Under the pieces are notes generated by a model. That model made no database searches. It was given only the letters and a program-made list of their open reading frames with translations, and was not told where the DNA came from. The translations under genes and the position numbers were made by a program. From Octopus sinensis (taxonomy: Eukaryota), in assembly GCF_006345805.1 (NCBI RefSeq), contig NC_042997.1, positions 36,704,001-36,768,000 on the forward strand: 64,000 nucleotides of DNA, given 5' to 3'. Below, piece after piece: positions 14,108 to 26,202 of this stretch; position 1 is the stretch's first letter, and each line of letters begins with the position of its first letter.

Positions 14108-14483
14108 CTCTCTCTTTTACTTGTTTCAGTCATTTGACTGCGGCCATGCTGGAGCACCGTCTTTAGTCGAGCAAATCGACCCCAGGACTTATTCTTTGTA
14201 AGCCCAGTACTTATTCAATCGGCCTCTTTTGTCGAACCGCTAAGTGACAGGGACGTAAACACACCAGCATCGGTTGTCAAGCAATGCTAGGGGCACAAGC
14301 ACAGACACACAAACACACACATACATATATACGACAGGCTTCTTTCAGTTTCCGTCTACCAAATTCACTCACAAGGCATTGGTCGGCCCGAGGCTATAAT
14401 AGAAGACACTTGCCCAAGATGCCACGCAGTGGGACTGAAGCCGGAACCATGTGGTTGGTTAGCAAGCTACTTACCACACAGCC
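14108..14483 (-). mobile_element. Octopus-type tRNA-SINE, nearly full length
   Basis: Colinear with 9632-10062; lacks the first few head bases. Confidence 0.92.
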
Positions 14484-14852
14484 AGAAGTGTTCAATTTAT
14501 TCAATTATATTAAGACTAGGGTCATGCAACTAAATATTGTGAGAATCTGCTCACACTCATGAGTTCAATGATAAAATATCTGCCGGAAAGATATACTCTA
14601 CATAGGAAATCAGCAGGGAGAAATTATACAATTCTTACTGTCAAAATTTGCATAGTAGACACCGATCGTGTATTCAAGTAATATTTTCTGTGATGTGTCC
14701 CCACATTTAAAACTGTCGAGAGTATTATTTTGCTTTGGATTAATTAAAAACAATGTTTCAAGACAGTTCTATATTTAAGAGATGAGGAATTATGTACATT
14801 ATTTACATTATTTACATCTGACGTATATTTGTCCTCATCTTATTTGGTGTTA

Positions 14853-14897
14853 ACCCAACGTTTCGGCTGACATACCCTCCAGCCTTCATCAGGTGTC
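14853..14897 (-). ncRNA. Minimal type I hammerhead ribozyme motif (Penelope type)
   Basis: Minus strand reads GACAC-CTGATGA-A-GGCTG(GAGGGTATGT)CAGCC-GAAAC-GTT-GGGTT. Core and 5-bp stem II are intact, stem III is the palindromic AACGTT, and stem I has one mismatch. Confidence 0.7.
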
Positions 14898-15000
14898 TTG
14901 GGGAAATTTCGAACATGGGTTCTGATTCCTAATGTATTTTTTCTTACTTGTTTCAGTCATTTTGACTGCGACATTATTATTATTATTATTATTATTATTA

Positions 15001-15983
15001 CTTTTTTTTCTTCTTTCAAATTTGCTTCCATTTCTTGCCGAGTGTCTTCCCGACTCCTAGAGCAAAGAAACTCAAAGTATACATTGGTAGGCCATTAAAC
15101 CAAACTCAATAGTTCGTTCATTTTTTAATTTTTTTAAGTTAAATTAAAATACATGAGCAGCAACAGTTCTCACATCGACAATGCTCTTCTCAATACGTGT
15201 GATGTACCAGTTAAGACAATCTTTTGCACTTCTTGCTGGGATGGTAAGCCAGGGATCATTCTCATATAATTTTCGGTTCTCTTCTTGATCATTCCTAGTG
15301 CTCCTACGATCACTGGTATTGTAACCGCCTTGAGATGCCACATTTTCTCAATTTCAATGAGTAGGTCTTTATATTTTCTGAGCTTGTCAAACTCTTTCGC
15401 TGAGATATTATGATCACAGGGGATGCTCATGTCGATCAATAAGCAAACTTTATTGTTTTGGTCTTTCACAACAATGTCTGGTTTATTGGCCTTGATGGTT
15501 CGGTCTGTATGTACTGGAAAGTCCCACAGAATCGTTACATTTTCTCCTTCAGTTACAGCCTCAGGGTGGTGATTATACCACTTGTCGGCAGTTTTGATAT
15601 TGTAATGCCGACTTATTAGCCAGTGTAGATATTGGCCAACTCTGTCATGTCTTAATTTATACTCCACTGGAGCTAAGACTTTACATCCAGAGATTATGTG
15701 GTCCACTGTTTCAATCATGTCGTTGCAGAATCGGCATTTTAGGTCTGCTCCATTTTTCATCACATTGGCCTGGTAGTTCCGGGTTAATAGGCTTTAATCT
15801 TGAGCAGCCAGGATGAAACCTTCGCTCTCTGCTTTTATCCCTTAGCTCCGTAGCCACTGATGGGTTTGCTTCTGGTCAACATCAGCTTGTTTGCTGCGGG
15901 CCACATATTTGCCGTGCAGAGGTTTCTCCTCCCACCAATCTGCCAATTGCTCATGCGCTTTTTTCGTTGCCATTATTTTCACC

Positions 15984-15985
<2 letters not shown>
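15001..15985 (-). mobile_element. 5'-truncated R4/Dong-clade non-LTR retrotransposon (CCHC knuckle + REL endonuclease)
   Basis: ORF 15170-15763 has CRFC...HIISGC, RHDRV, KPDIVV...IDMSIPCD and KLRKY. The upstream frame (WEEKPLHGKY...THQWLRS*GIKAESEGFILAAQD*SL) has two stops. The 3' UTR ends in (TAA)n and both flanks are (ATT)n. Confidence 0.93.
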
Positions 15986-16017
<32 letters not shown>

Positions 16018-16104
16018 GATTCAGGTCACTGCCTGGAATTTAACTCAGAATCTTGGAGTTAGTAGCCCGCGTGACTGACCCCAAGATTCCGAGTTTGATT
16101 CTAG

Positions 16105-16275
<171 letters not shown>

Positions 16276-16314
16276 TACCTTAGGAATGAGAACCCAGGTT
16301 CGAAATTTTCGCAA

Positions 16315-16360
16315 GACACCTGATGAAGGCTGGAGGGTATATCAAACGAAAGTTTGTGTT
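16315..16360 (+). ncRNA. Degenerate hammerhead motif (right arm)
   Basis: GACAC-CTGATGA-AGGCTGGAGGGTATATCAAAC-GAAA-GTTTGTGTT; stem II 3' strand mutated (CAAAC for CAGCC) and stem III C lost. Confidence 0.45.
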
Positions 16361-16949
16361 AATAACACACAATATAAAGACAAATATCCGTCAAATGTAA
16401 ATAATGTAAATAATGTTTCAGGACTTGTGCAGTAGATGTAATCGGTTCAATTTACCCAGCTTTTCGAATCACAGATAGAATGATATTTTGTGTCTACCAC
16501 ACATCCATAATTTGAAGTCGATCAAATTGTATTAGACCATCTGAATTGGATTGTAGCCTAACGAAAGACTGCAACCAGGGATACATTTCCCAAGGATTGT
16601 GTATCCTTGTTTCGAATAAACTAAAGCATCTATACTCGAAGTTATTTGGCCCTACGCGATATTAAATAAAAGGTAGATGAGAAAATCTTTTCAGAATATT
16701 TTTTCTAGAGATAACATTTCTCATCGTCAATCATTGAAAATTAGAACCTTCCTCAATACAATATAATGCGTCGGATGATTTAAATTTATTATAATAGACT
16801 AGCCACATACTCTATCATTTGACAGGAGTTCTGCTGCGTACAAAGAGATCCTACACCGTGCACGGCAGACATTTGTAGTAAGGTATTCTGATATATTTCA
16901 GATACATCGGTGTTGGACATAGATCCAACAAAATTATATATACACCGAT

Positions 16950-17113
16950 GCACAGACACTCAAACACACATGCACACACACATAGAGAGATAGATGTACA
17001 TACATACTTACATATATACATGTATGTATATAGATATATATGTACGTATACATGCATATATATATATATAATATATATATATAAATGTATATATATATAT
17101 GTATATATATATG

Positions 17114-17149
<36 letters not shown>

Positions 17150-17180
17150 GTATATATATATATGTATATATATGTATATA

Positions 17181-17220
<40 letters not shown>
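16950..17220. repeat. (CA)n/(TA)n microsatellite
   Basis: Direct inspection. Confidence 0.95.
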
Positions 17221-17222
<2 letters not shown>

Positions 17223-17854
17223 AAACTGAAGACTATCTTACTACTTGTAAATGATTGCTATAAAAAGAATACAAACATATTCCCTCCGACAGAGCTTGTT
17301 TTGATATAGTCAGGATTTCAGATAATCTGCTTGTCAGTCTTATTTTCCCACGCTCATAATAGTTTCATGATTGATTATAATGCTAGAAGAACTATCTTCC
17401 TCCAGCAACAATGGTACGTATAATCCTATGCATGAGCGAATATCAATATGTCAGCATTAGTTACCTCACCTTACGCTTGATATACCATAGCCAATAGAAT
17501 AACAAAATAGTAAATCTCTGATGCCAACAAGTGCTATATTTTTCTGGTTATTTTCCTAATCTTACAAAATTATATAATATTACATACTCAAAACCTAAAG
17601 ATATTAATTAAAAATGTAATATATCAAAGTTGCATTTTTTTTTCCAACTCTATTCAACAAGTGGTTTTTGGCTTTCATTTTGAAATGCGTTATTTAACAG
17701 TTGTCTATTCTGATGCAGCTATTTATTGGAATGTATAGTACGCAACTGGGTTTCCTGTCCGGATAAAACTGTTTCGAGTAACACACCTTTGAACTATTCA
17801 CACTATACTAACTTACTAAGTGTAATTATGCACTTTTAGAACTATATATATATA

Positions 17855-17882
<28 letters not shown>

Positions 17883-17886
<4 letters not shown>

Positions 17887-18298
17887 TGTTATATTTCGGA
17901 ATGGTCATTTTGCCAGTATAGCCAATAAAAACACACGCACTATATATTTGGTGTTACTTTGCTTGAGTGTTATTTATTTTTTTACATTAATCTTAATCTT
18001 ATTTCAGCCAGGGTTCTTTCGTCACACTCCTGTGACCGCATCAGTGGTCCTTTATTTTCTTCTTTCTTATTTGTGTCTCCCCTTACTGACGGTTAGTAAG
18101 GAGAAACACAAATAAGAAAGAAGAGAACAAAGGACCACTGATGCGGTGACAGTAGTGTGACGAAAGAACTCTGGCCGAAATAAGATTAAGATTAATGTAA
18201 AAAAGAAATAACACTGAAGCAAAGTAACACCAAATATATAGTGCGTGTGTTTTTATTGGCTATACTGGCAAAATGACCATTCCGAAATATAACAATAT
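17883..18298. mobile_element. ~415 bp near-perfect palindrome (fold-back element) beside (TA)n
   Basis: 17883-18087 is the reverse complement of 18095-18298 with few mismatches; 7-nt spacer GACGGTT. Confidence 0.9.
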
Positions 18299-18423
18299 CT
18301 GTTTCAACACACGACTTCACATAAAGAAATCTTGCACAACAAATATATAAACGTACTATATATATATATACATATATGTATGTATGTATGTATATATATA
18401 TATATATGTGTGTGTATGTATGT

Positions 18424-18472
<49 letters not shown>

Positions 18473-20926
18473 TCTGTTTCACTCATATTTTATACATTTA
18501 TAAATGCCTAACTGTATGACTGCCTATGACGTGCGTTTCTTATTGTGTTATCAGTGATAATACAATGGCTCCTTGTATTTCAGATATATTGAAAACCATC
18601 AAGAAAACAAACGATGTACGCTGTTGATTATTGACGAAACAATGATGTAAACATAATTGCAATAATTATACCCTGTAGAGATTACATTATTATATTGTAC
18701 ATAACAAATTAATCAGTGAAATTTTCACATGCCAAAGCTTTCCTACAATCCATCTACCAAGAATTATGCGTTCTATTCTGATTTTCAAATTTTCGCTTTT
18801 CTATAAATGTAGTCATAAACACATCAACTAATCAACATTTGGAATGCTGTAGATAGTTTATTATTTTATTCTGAGTTTATCCGAGAAAAATCGCTAGTAC
18901 TTTTGGAAAGAAAATATCACATGTAAAAGTTACCTTTTTTTTAAATTTTCCATAGGCAAAGGAGAATTTACAACTTATCTTTTTTTAAATATTTATAGTG
19001 CATGAAACCTTCTTTTCATAAGTTACAAGCTGTTGATAGCTTAATATAGCAGATGAATATCAGGTAATTAATGTCCTACTAACTTTTGTGTATGAGCCAT
19101 TATATATAAAATCAATCATTTAATGTGACAGCAATGATATTTATAGATCATCCAAAATCTTCGATTTCTGGAGGCGAAGCGTATAACTGAGGAAAAATAA
19201 AATTCTGGAAGAGTTCAAGTCTTACTATTAAAGAAAGGAATTATGCCAAATATTTCGTGCAGATTATACGGAAAATCAGATACGTACAGAATAGAAACTG
19301 CTACTGCGACATAGAATGGTTCCAGTTCCCCTATAGCTTTTGAAGTAATTACGTATGGGTAGGTAAGAAAAATTGAGAAAGTGAACTCTACGTCTTTCAG
19401 CTACAAACATCGAATGTTGGTTCCAAATTTTCTCTTCTAGAAATTCTAGAATATTCCATGTAAACAATTTCCATGTTGAATTTATTTACCTAGCACCTAC
19501 CTGAAGTTTTGTCACTAACTGGTGACAGTTCCTGGATATTCAATGTATGATTATTTAGTATCCAGATTCCGTAAGAGCATAGAGGGATAGAATAAGCATG
19601 CTCGTTATGTGTATAACACTTGTGGAATTTTGGAACCATAGGTGCGAATATTCCAAAATATTTTGTAGCGACTACTTCCGTCACTCAATGCAAATCCTGC
19701 ACCAGTTTTACTAACTGGCGAGATGATATAGTTTAATTGATTGTGTAGAAGGACTCAGTGTCCCATAAATATAAGTATACAAGATAAATATCAACATCTT
19801 AGAATATAGAAACGAATTTTTAATCAAGCATTCTTAAAATATTTAGGCTTACGAGCTGAGAATCATGTTGTGCAAATAATAAGGAATCCGTCATGCAAAA
19901 AATTGTATTTCAGACACATGGAAAGATTTTTATTCATGTCAATGTCTCAAAATTATATCAGGTAAATTTATCACTACCAAAAACGCACCCGTGTATAAAA
20001 CGGAAGAGAGAATCTTTGTTATATATTCCACAGTAGAAAACGTTTCTGAAGAGAAGGGGGATTGAAGAGATTTTCAGTGAAATGCTTGAGTGATAAACGA
20101 AATCATACGGAGTTATTCGTCTTTTTAATTTTGTTATAAGTTGAGTTTCACTGTTCATCATATATACATTCGTAGCTACGTAAAATCCGTAGCACAGAGG
20201 AAAATAACTGTGGTTTTTTTCAAACAATATTAACTGCAGAGAAATGAAAGAAGGAACGCCTCATAAGTTTTGCTTACAGTTTGTCAGACAGGAACGAAAT
20301 TAATAGAGTATTTCACAACGCACAGGTACGAGCCGATAAAACTAGAGATGTGACATGACAGTAGTATTGCTGGAGATGGCAAATAATGTTCGACGGTCAC
20401 CTTCACTAGATATGTTATGCTGTGTGTACCACAGTGGTGTAATTACGATGTTTTTGAAGGAATCTAAAGCCTAAATTTGTTATCAATAATTTTAACGCAG
20501 GCAACAACTGCTGTACATAAATCTAACTCCAATAGATTTGAATCTGTAGAATTCTTATTACTAAGCATACTTCAAGAACTCACATCTTCGGTTACGTGGA
20601 TTGGCGTGGGTTAGGCATTAAAAACATAATGTGACACTTAGTAATTTTATCAAAAATTTAGTAAAACTTAGATAGATACACAAGGAATGCGCTCAGTTAT
20701 AGAAGCGGGTAGTTAGCAATTAATTTAATGAATGTGGTTTATAAATGAAAAAAAAAATTCCCATTTATAAAGTAAGTAGAGACATATATTCTCAACAATT
20801 TTGTATAGATAGTAGAATAAAATTTCTATGTCGATACTCTTTGCTTGAAAAGGAAGAACTGGGCACGTTGATCACCTTTAATTAAATTCAAAATAAGAGA
20901 CATACTGAATTTGCTCGAGCATTTTC

Positions 20927-21114
20927 TGGTTAGCAGCTAATGGGAAACAGCTGATGAATTTCTGTTATTCCATTCCTGATAGTATTCAGTCTTACACACC
21001 ATTGATATTGCATCTCCTTGTGGTTAGCAGCTAATGGGAAACAGCTGATGAATTTCTGTTATTCCATTCCTGATAGTATTCAGTCTTACACACCATTGAT
21101 ATTGCATCTCCTTG
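20927..21114 (+). repeat. Two identical 94 bp tandem copies
   Basis: TGGTTAGCAGCTAATGGG...GCATCTCCTTG at 20927-21020 and 21021-21114. Confidence 0.95.
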
Positions 21115-21746
21115 TGATGAACTTGATTTATATATGTCACGAACAAGTGATTCTCGAAACATGACTTCATAAAACATCTTGTCTTCCCAAATTTCTATAA
21201 AACTTCAGAAACTAGAAAACATACGGTGGTGTTATTAATTGAATGTCAAAATTATTGGTTATATTAAGAAAAAAAACACACACACAAACACACATACACA
21301 CTCACACACACACCCGAGTGCACACACATAAACACACGCACGTACGCCATACACACATGTTCTTGTATGTTCATGTGTATATGTGTGTATGTGTCTGTGT
21401 GTGTATTGGAATCTCTATAACTCATACTGAACTTCTATTAAAGTTCCAATCTACCTTCTAATATATTCTAAAACATGTATAACTGGATTACATACATTGA
21501 TACAATTCAATTTTACCGGTTAAATATTAATTATAATGCCAGAGATTGACGGCATCATCAGTTCGGAGTTCCAACGATGATAACTGGGGTGGAATTTATT
21601 CAATGGCGAATTGACTAACCGTATCACTTCATAATTTTCAAGTACTGAAGACAATCTAAAATCTCAAATACACTAAGTCAAACATTGAACATACATACTT
21701 ACATACACACGCACACAGACACACGCACACACACAAACACACACAC

Positions 21747-21792
<46 letters not shown>

Positions 21793-21830
21793 TATATGTA
21801 TCGTGAAGTAAGTTTGCCACCTAAATGTCA

Positions 21831-22164
21831 CTGATCCATAAGGGACGATGCTACTGTAGCTTATCGACCTAGGAAGAACTCTCCTCCCGCTGGCTATTGA
21901 CACACTCTCTGTGCCCTATCAGTTCTTGCAAAGGGAAATCATCGTTCCCATCACCGGCCTGACGTGATGCACACGGACCCGATTTTCTGGGTAATAACCC
22001 TCATTAACCAAAAATTCGTGTCCGTGTGTATCACGCCAGGCTGGAGATGTGAACGATGAATTCTCTTTGCAAATACTGAGAGGGCAAGACAGTGTGTCAA
22101 TAGCCAGCTGGAGGAGAGGTTTCCTGGACCGATAAGCTACAGTAGCATCGTCCCTTCTGAGTCA
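21831..22164. mobile_element. Diverged palindromic MITE-like element
   Basis: AAGGGACGATGCTACTGTAGCTTATCG (from 21840) is inverted as CGATAAGCTACAGTAGCATCGTCCCTT (to 22156); the arms stay alignable inward to about 21995. Confidence 0.8.
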
Positions 22165-22499
22165 GCCATAAAGGACAGTGTTAAAATCGAACTGCACACT
22201 TCAAAACTTGCACTTTTAAATGCTTGCAGCCTCTATGGATCTTAATCCAGTCTCTATACAGTAGCTGTTTGAACACTTGATTATTAGTTAGCAGCTTGAT
22301 ATATTGCAATCAATAAAAGCATGTGAAATCTTTTCAAATATAAATAAACTGAAAGTATACAAAAATAAGCATTATTTCCCATCTTAATATTAGTTCTTTT
22401 TCATCTGGAAAAATAAACATTTATGTTATGTTTTGTTATAGTTTATATTTTGAATTACATACATATGGGATACTTGTTTGGAGACACCAAACTTTTTCA

Positions 22500-23200
22500 A
22501 GTGCTTAGAGCCTCTATGGGTTTTAATCCTGCTCTGGGTTAACAATCTGACCAGGAGGAATAATTCGGTTTGGAGAATTCCTCTCGCATGTATAAAACAA
22601 ATTATCATCTTCTTCACATTGGACTTCACTTGACGTGCTTTTTTTCATGTTCAGTGATATTGAATGTTTCCATTGACTTTATTGCTGCTTCATTTTCGTG
22701 TTGTAGCCGTAGCACTAGCTTTCATCACCAGTGATGACATTCGGCAAGCGGTCCGGATCAACTTCTAACTGTTCTTTTGGTTCACGACACCACGCATTCA
22801 ATAGTGACTGCTCTTGATCTTCTGGAGCAAGCGAGGTACACATTATGCTGCAACTTTTTTTCATTTGCAATTTCTATCTCAAAATTCGTCGGCAGGATCT
22901 CCTGGACACACCAGGTATTTCAACAAGTTCGTCAATATTTTGCCGACGGTCGTCCAAGATCAGTTCCTGAATTTTCGTGATATTTTTTATTTATTCGGGT
23001 TGGAGTGGAGATGATCTCCCTGAAGTTGGATAGATTTCAAGCAAAATATGGCGTTCCCTAAAGCGTGGAAACTACTCGTTCTCTTGTGTTTTGCTCATAC
23101 CATCGTCCTTATAAGCTTTTTGAAGCATTACAACTATTTGGCGACCGTTATCACAAGCAGCAAAAGGAATTTTAGGAAAAGCACTCTGTTCCTTTGTTTC
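22500..23200 (-). pseudogene. mariner (Tc1/mariner) transposase remnant
   Basis: Minus strand gives EQSA...MLQKAYKDDGMSKTQ, SGRS, DDRRQNIDEL, CVPRLL (WVPxxL-like), VITGDES* (first catalytic Asp) and KSNVKKMIICF, with several stops and frameshifts. TIRs not confidently located. Confidence 0.88.
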
Positions 23201-23398
23201 CACCACCGCAAAGATTGACAAACATGGTAGAAGCACTGCAAAATAAAGAGGCACCACGTAGCAGCACGACTGCGCTCGTCGACGCCAGATGGCACACTGA
23301 TGTATGAGGGTCGAATCAAGTGGTTTCTAGAGATGGATGTGTGAATTACAATTTGCTTTCCTCACAGTGATGGCTTCCGGTTACCTTTGGGAACCACT

Positions 23399-23439
<41 letters not shown>

Positions 23440-23724
23440 AATAATGAAGGGTGAAATTAATTAATTTGGAATAATTATCAATTACACCAAGTAGTCTTCG
23501 GCATGTAAAAGCCTCATTCGAGGAAAATTTAAGTAATACTAAGCAATAAGGGTTTAGCAACGAATTGCCTTACCACATACCGAATTTAGAAATAGCAGTC
23601 AAAGGGTTATAGCTATTTCTTCTACTAAAAAGGGAGATCTCAGTAAAAACAGCAATTGGAAGGCTGACACAAACAGGTAAGAGAGAATGAATTAACTGCA
23701 ATCTATCAAACATTTTTAAAGTTA

Positions 23725-23831
23725 TCTACGGACGTACGTTTCGAAATCAAGTTTTTAGGAAAGCATAAGAATTAAATATTAAATATTAAATAATTCTATC
23801 TTACCGAAACTTCTTTTCTCTTCAGCGTAGA
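23725..23831 (-). ncRNA. Type I hammerhead ribozyme, copy L1
   Basis: TCTACG-CTGAAGA-GAAA...TTTC-GAAAC-GTAC-GTC-CGTAGA: 6-bp stem I, canonical core, long stem II, GUC triplet. Confidence 0.88.
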
Positions 23832-24324
23832 ATACTATAATCATAAATGATTATATATTGAATTTTGAGATACTAGGAGGCACCAACTCAACTCAGTATC
23901 AGAGCGAGCTAGAATCCGCAACTAGTATCACCGAATTCAAATTTGTGAATGAAACGATTGTGTCAACAGCCCCTTCCCACCACCGTGTAGCCAAAACAAG
24001 ATGCTGTGGTCATCTACTGAGATAAAATATGGTTATCCGTAATAATGAAGGGTGAAATTAATTAATTTGGAATAATTATCAATTACACCAAGTAGTCTTC
24101 GGCATGTAAAAGCCTCATTCGAGGAAAATTTAAGTAATACTAAGCAATAAGGGTTTAGCAACGAATTGCCTTACCACATACCGAATTAGAAATAGCAGTC
24201 AAAGGGTTATAGCTATTTCTTCTACTAAAAAGGGAGATCTCAGTAAAAACAGCAATTGGAAGGCTGACACAAACAGGTAAGAGAGAATGAATTAACTGCA
24301 ATCTATCAAACATTTTTAAAGTTA

Positions 24325-24431
24325 TCTACGGACGTACGTTTCGAAATCAAGTTTTTAGGAAAGCATAAGAATTAAATATTAAATATTAAATAATTCTATC
24401 TTACCGAAACTTCTTTTCTCTTCAGCGTAGA
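24325..24431 (-). ncRNA. Type I hammerhead ribozyme, copy L2
   Basis: Same motif as L1. Confidence 0.88.
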
Positions 24432-24925
24432 ATACTATAATCATAAATGATTATATATTGAATTTTGAGATACTAGGAGGCACCAACTCAACTCAGTATC
24501 AGAGCGAGCTAGAATCCGCAACTAGTATCACCGAATTCAAATTTGTGAATGAAACGATTGTGTCAACAGCTCCTTCCCACCCGCGTGTAGCCAAAACAAG
24601 ATGCTGTGGTCATCTACTGAGATAAAATATGGTTATCCGTAATAATGAAGGGTGAAATTAATTAATTTGGAATAATTATCAATTACACCAAGTAGTCTTC
24701 GGCATGTAAAAGCCTCATTCGAGGAAAATTTAAGTAATACTAAGCAATAAGGGTTTAGCAACGAATTGCCTTACCACATACCGAATTTAGAAATAGCAGT
24801 CAAAGGGTTATAGCTATTTCTTCTACTAAAAAGGGAGATCTCAGTAAAAACAGCAATTGGAAGGCTGACACAAACAGGTAAGAGAGAATGAATTAACTGC
24901 AATCTATCAAACATTTTTAAAGTTA

Positions 24926-25032
24926 TCTACGGACGTACGTTTCGAAATCAAGTTTTTAGGAAAGCATAAGAATTAAATATTAAATATTAAATAATTCTAT
25001 CTTACCGAAACTTCTTTTCTCTTCAGCGTAGA
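24926..25032 (-). ncRNA. Type I hammerhead ribozyme, copy L3
   Basis: Same motif as L1. Confidence 0.88.
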
Positions 25033-26102
25033 ATACTATAATCATAAATGATTATATATTGAATTTTGAGATACTAGGAGGCACCAACTCAACTCAGTAT
25101 CAGAGCGAGCTAGAATCCGCAACTAGTATCACCGAATTCAAATTTGTGAATAAACGATTGTGTCAACAGCCCCTTCCCACCCGCGTGTAGCCAAAACAAG
25201 ATGCTGTGGTCATCTACTGAGATAAAATATGGTTATCCGTAATAATGAAGGGTGAAATTAATTAATTTGGAATAATTATCAATTACACCAAGTAGTCTTC
25301 GGCATGTAAAAGCCTCATTCGAGGAAAATTTAAGTAATACTAAGCAATAAGGGTTTAGCAACGAATTGCCTTACCACATACCGAATTTAGAAATAGCAGT
25401 CAAAGGGTTATAGCTATTTCTTCTACTAAAAAGGGAGATCTCAGTAAAAACAGCAATTGGAAGGCTGACACAAACAGGTAAGAGAGAATGAATTAACTGC
25501 AATCTATCAAACATTTTTTTTTAAAGTTATCTTAGATAGAATTATTTAATATTTAATATTTAATTCTTATGCTTTCCTAAAAACTTGATTTCGAAACGTA
25601 CGTCCGTAGATAACTTTAAAATGTTTGATAGATTGCAGTTAATTCATTCTCTCTTACCTGTTTGTGTCAGCCTTCCAATTGCTGTTTTTACTGAGATCTC
25701 CCTTTTTAGTAGAAGAAATAGCTATAACCCTTTGACTGCTATTTCTAAATTCGGTATGTGGTAAGGCAATTCGTTGCTAAACCCTTATTGCTTAGTATTA
25801 CTTAAATTTTCCTCGAATGAGGCTTTTACATGCCGAAGACTACTTGGTGTAATTGATAATTATTCCAAATTAATTAATTTCACCCTTCATTATTACGGAT
25901 AACCATATTTTATCTCAGTAGATGACCACAGCATCTTGTTTTGGCTACACGCGGGTGGGAAGGGGCTGTTGACACAATCGTTTCATTCACAAATTTGAAT
26001 TCGTGATACTAGTTGCGGATTCTAGCTCGCTCTGATACTGAGTTGAGTTGGTGCCTCCTAGTATCTCAAAATTCAATATATAATCATTTATGATTATAGT
26101 AT

Positions 26103-26202
26103 TCTACGCTGAAGAGAAAAGAAGTTTCGGTAAGATAGAATTATTTAATATTTAATTCTTATGCTTTCCTAAAAACTTGATTTCGAAACGTACGTCCGTA
26201 GA
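26103..26202 (+). ncRNA. Type I hammerhead ribozyme, copy R1
   Basis: TCTACG 26103-26108, CTGAAGA 26109-26115, GAAAC 26185-26189, GTC 26194-26196, CGTAGA 26197-26202; short deletion in the stem II apical region. Confidence 0.88.

Larger units (their letters stand above)
23434..25532 (-). repeat. Tandem array of ~600 bp hammerhead-bearing unit, left arm (~3.5 units)
   Basis: Unit start TCCGTAATAATGAAGGGTG recurs near 23434, 24035, 24635 and 25235; copies are nearly identical; preceded by (TA)n. Confidence 0.97.

Noticed and set aside
19147-19362. Possible plus-strand exon with FN3-like peptide YRIETATAT*NGSSSPIAFEVIT and a GTAAG donor
   Set aside because: In-frame stops and only superficial similarity.
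19490-19700. Possible minus-strand exon ending at CAG|GTAGGT
   Set aside because: No recognisable protein and no consistent open frame from the candidate acceptor.
20955-20975. CTGATGA in the 94-bp duplication
   Set aside because: No stem II or GAAA partner; expected by chance.
23303-23320. TATGAGGGTCG as the mariner TIR
   Set aside because: It points away from the transposase, so it cannot be the right-hand TIR of that copy, and no partner was found.
25811-25840. Second hammerhead-like motif in the 600-bp unit (CGAATGA-GGC...GCC-GAAGAC)
   Set aside because: Both core halves deviate (CGAAUGA, GAAG) in all copies and no stem I is found.
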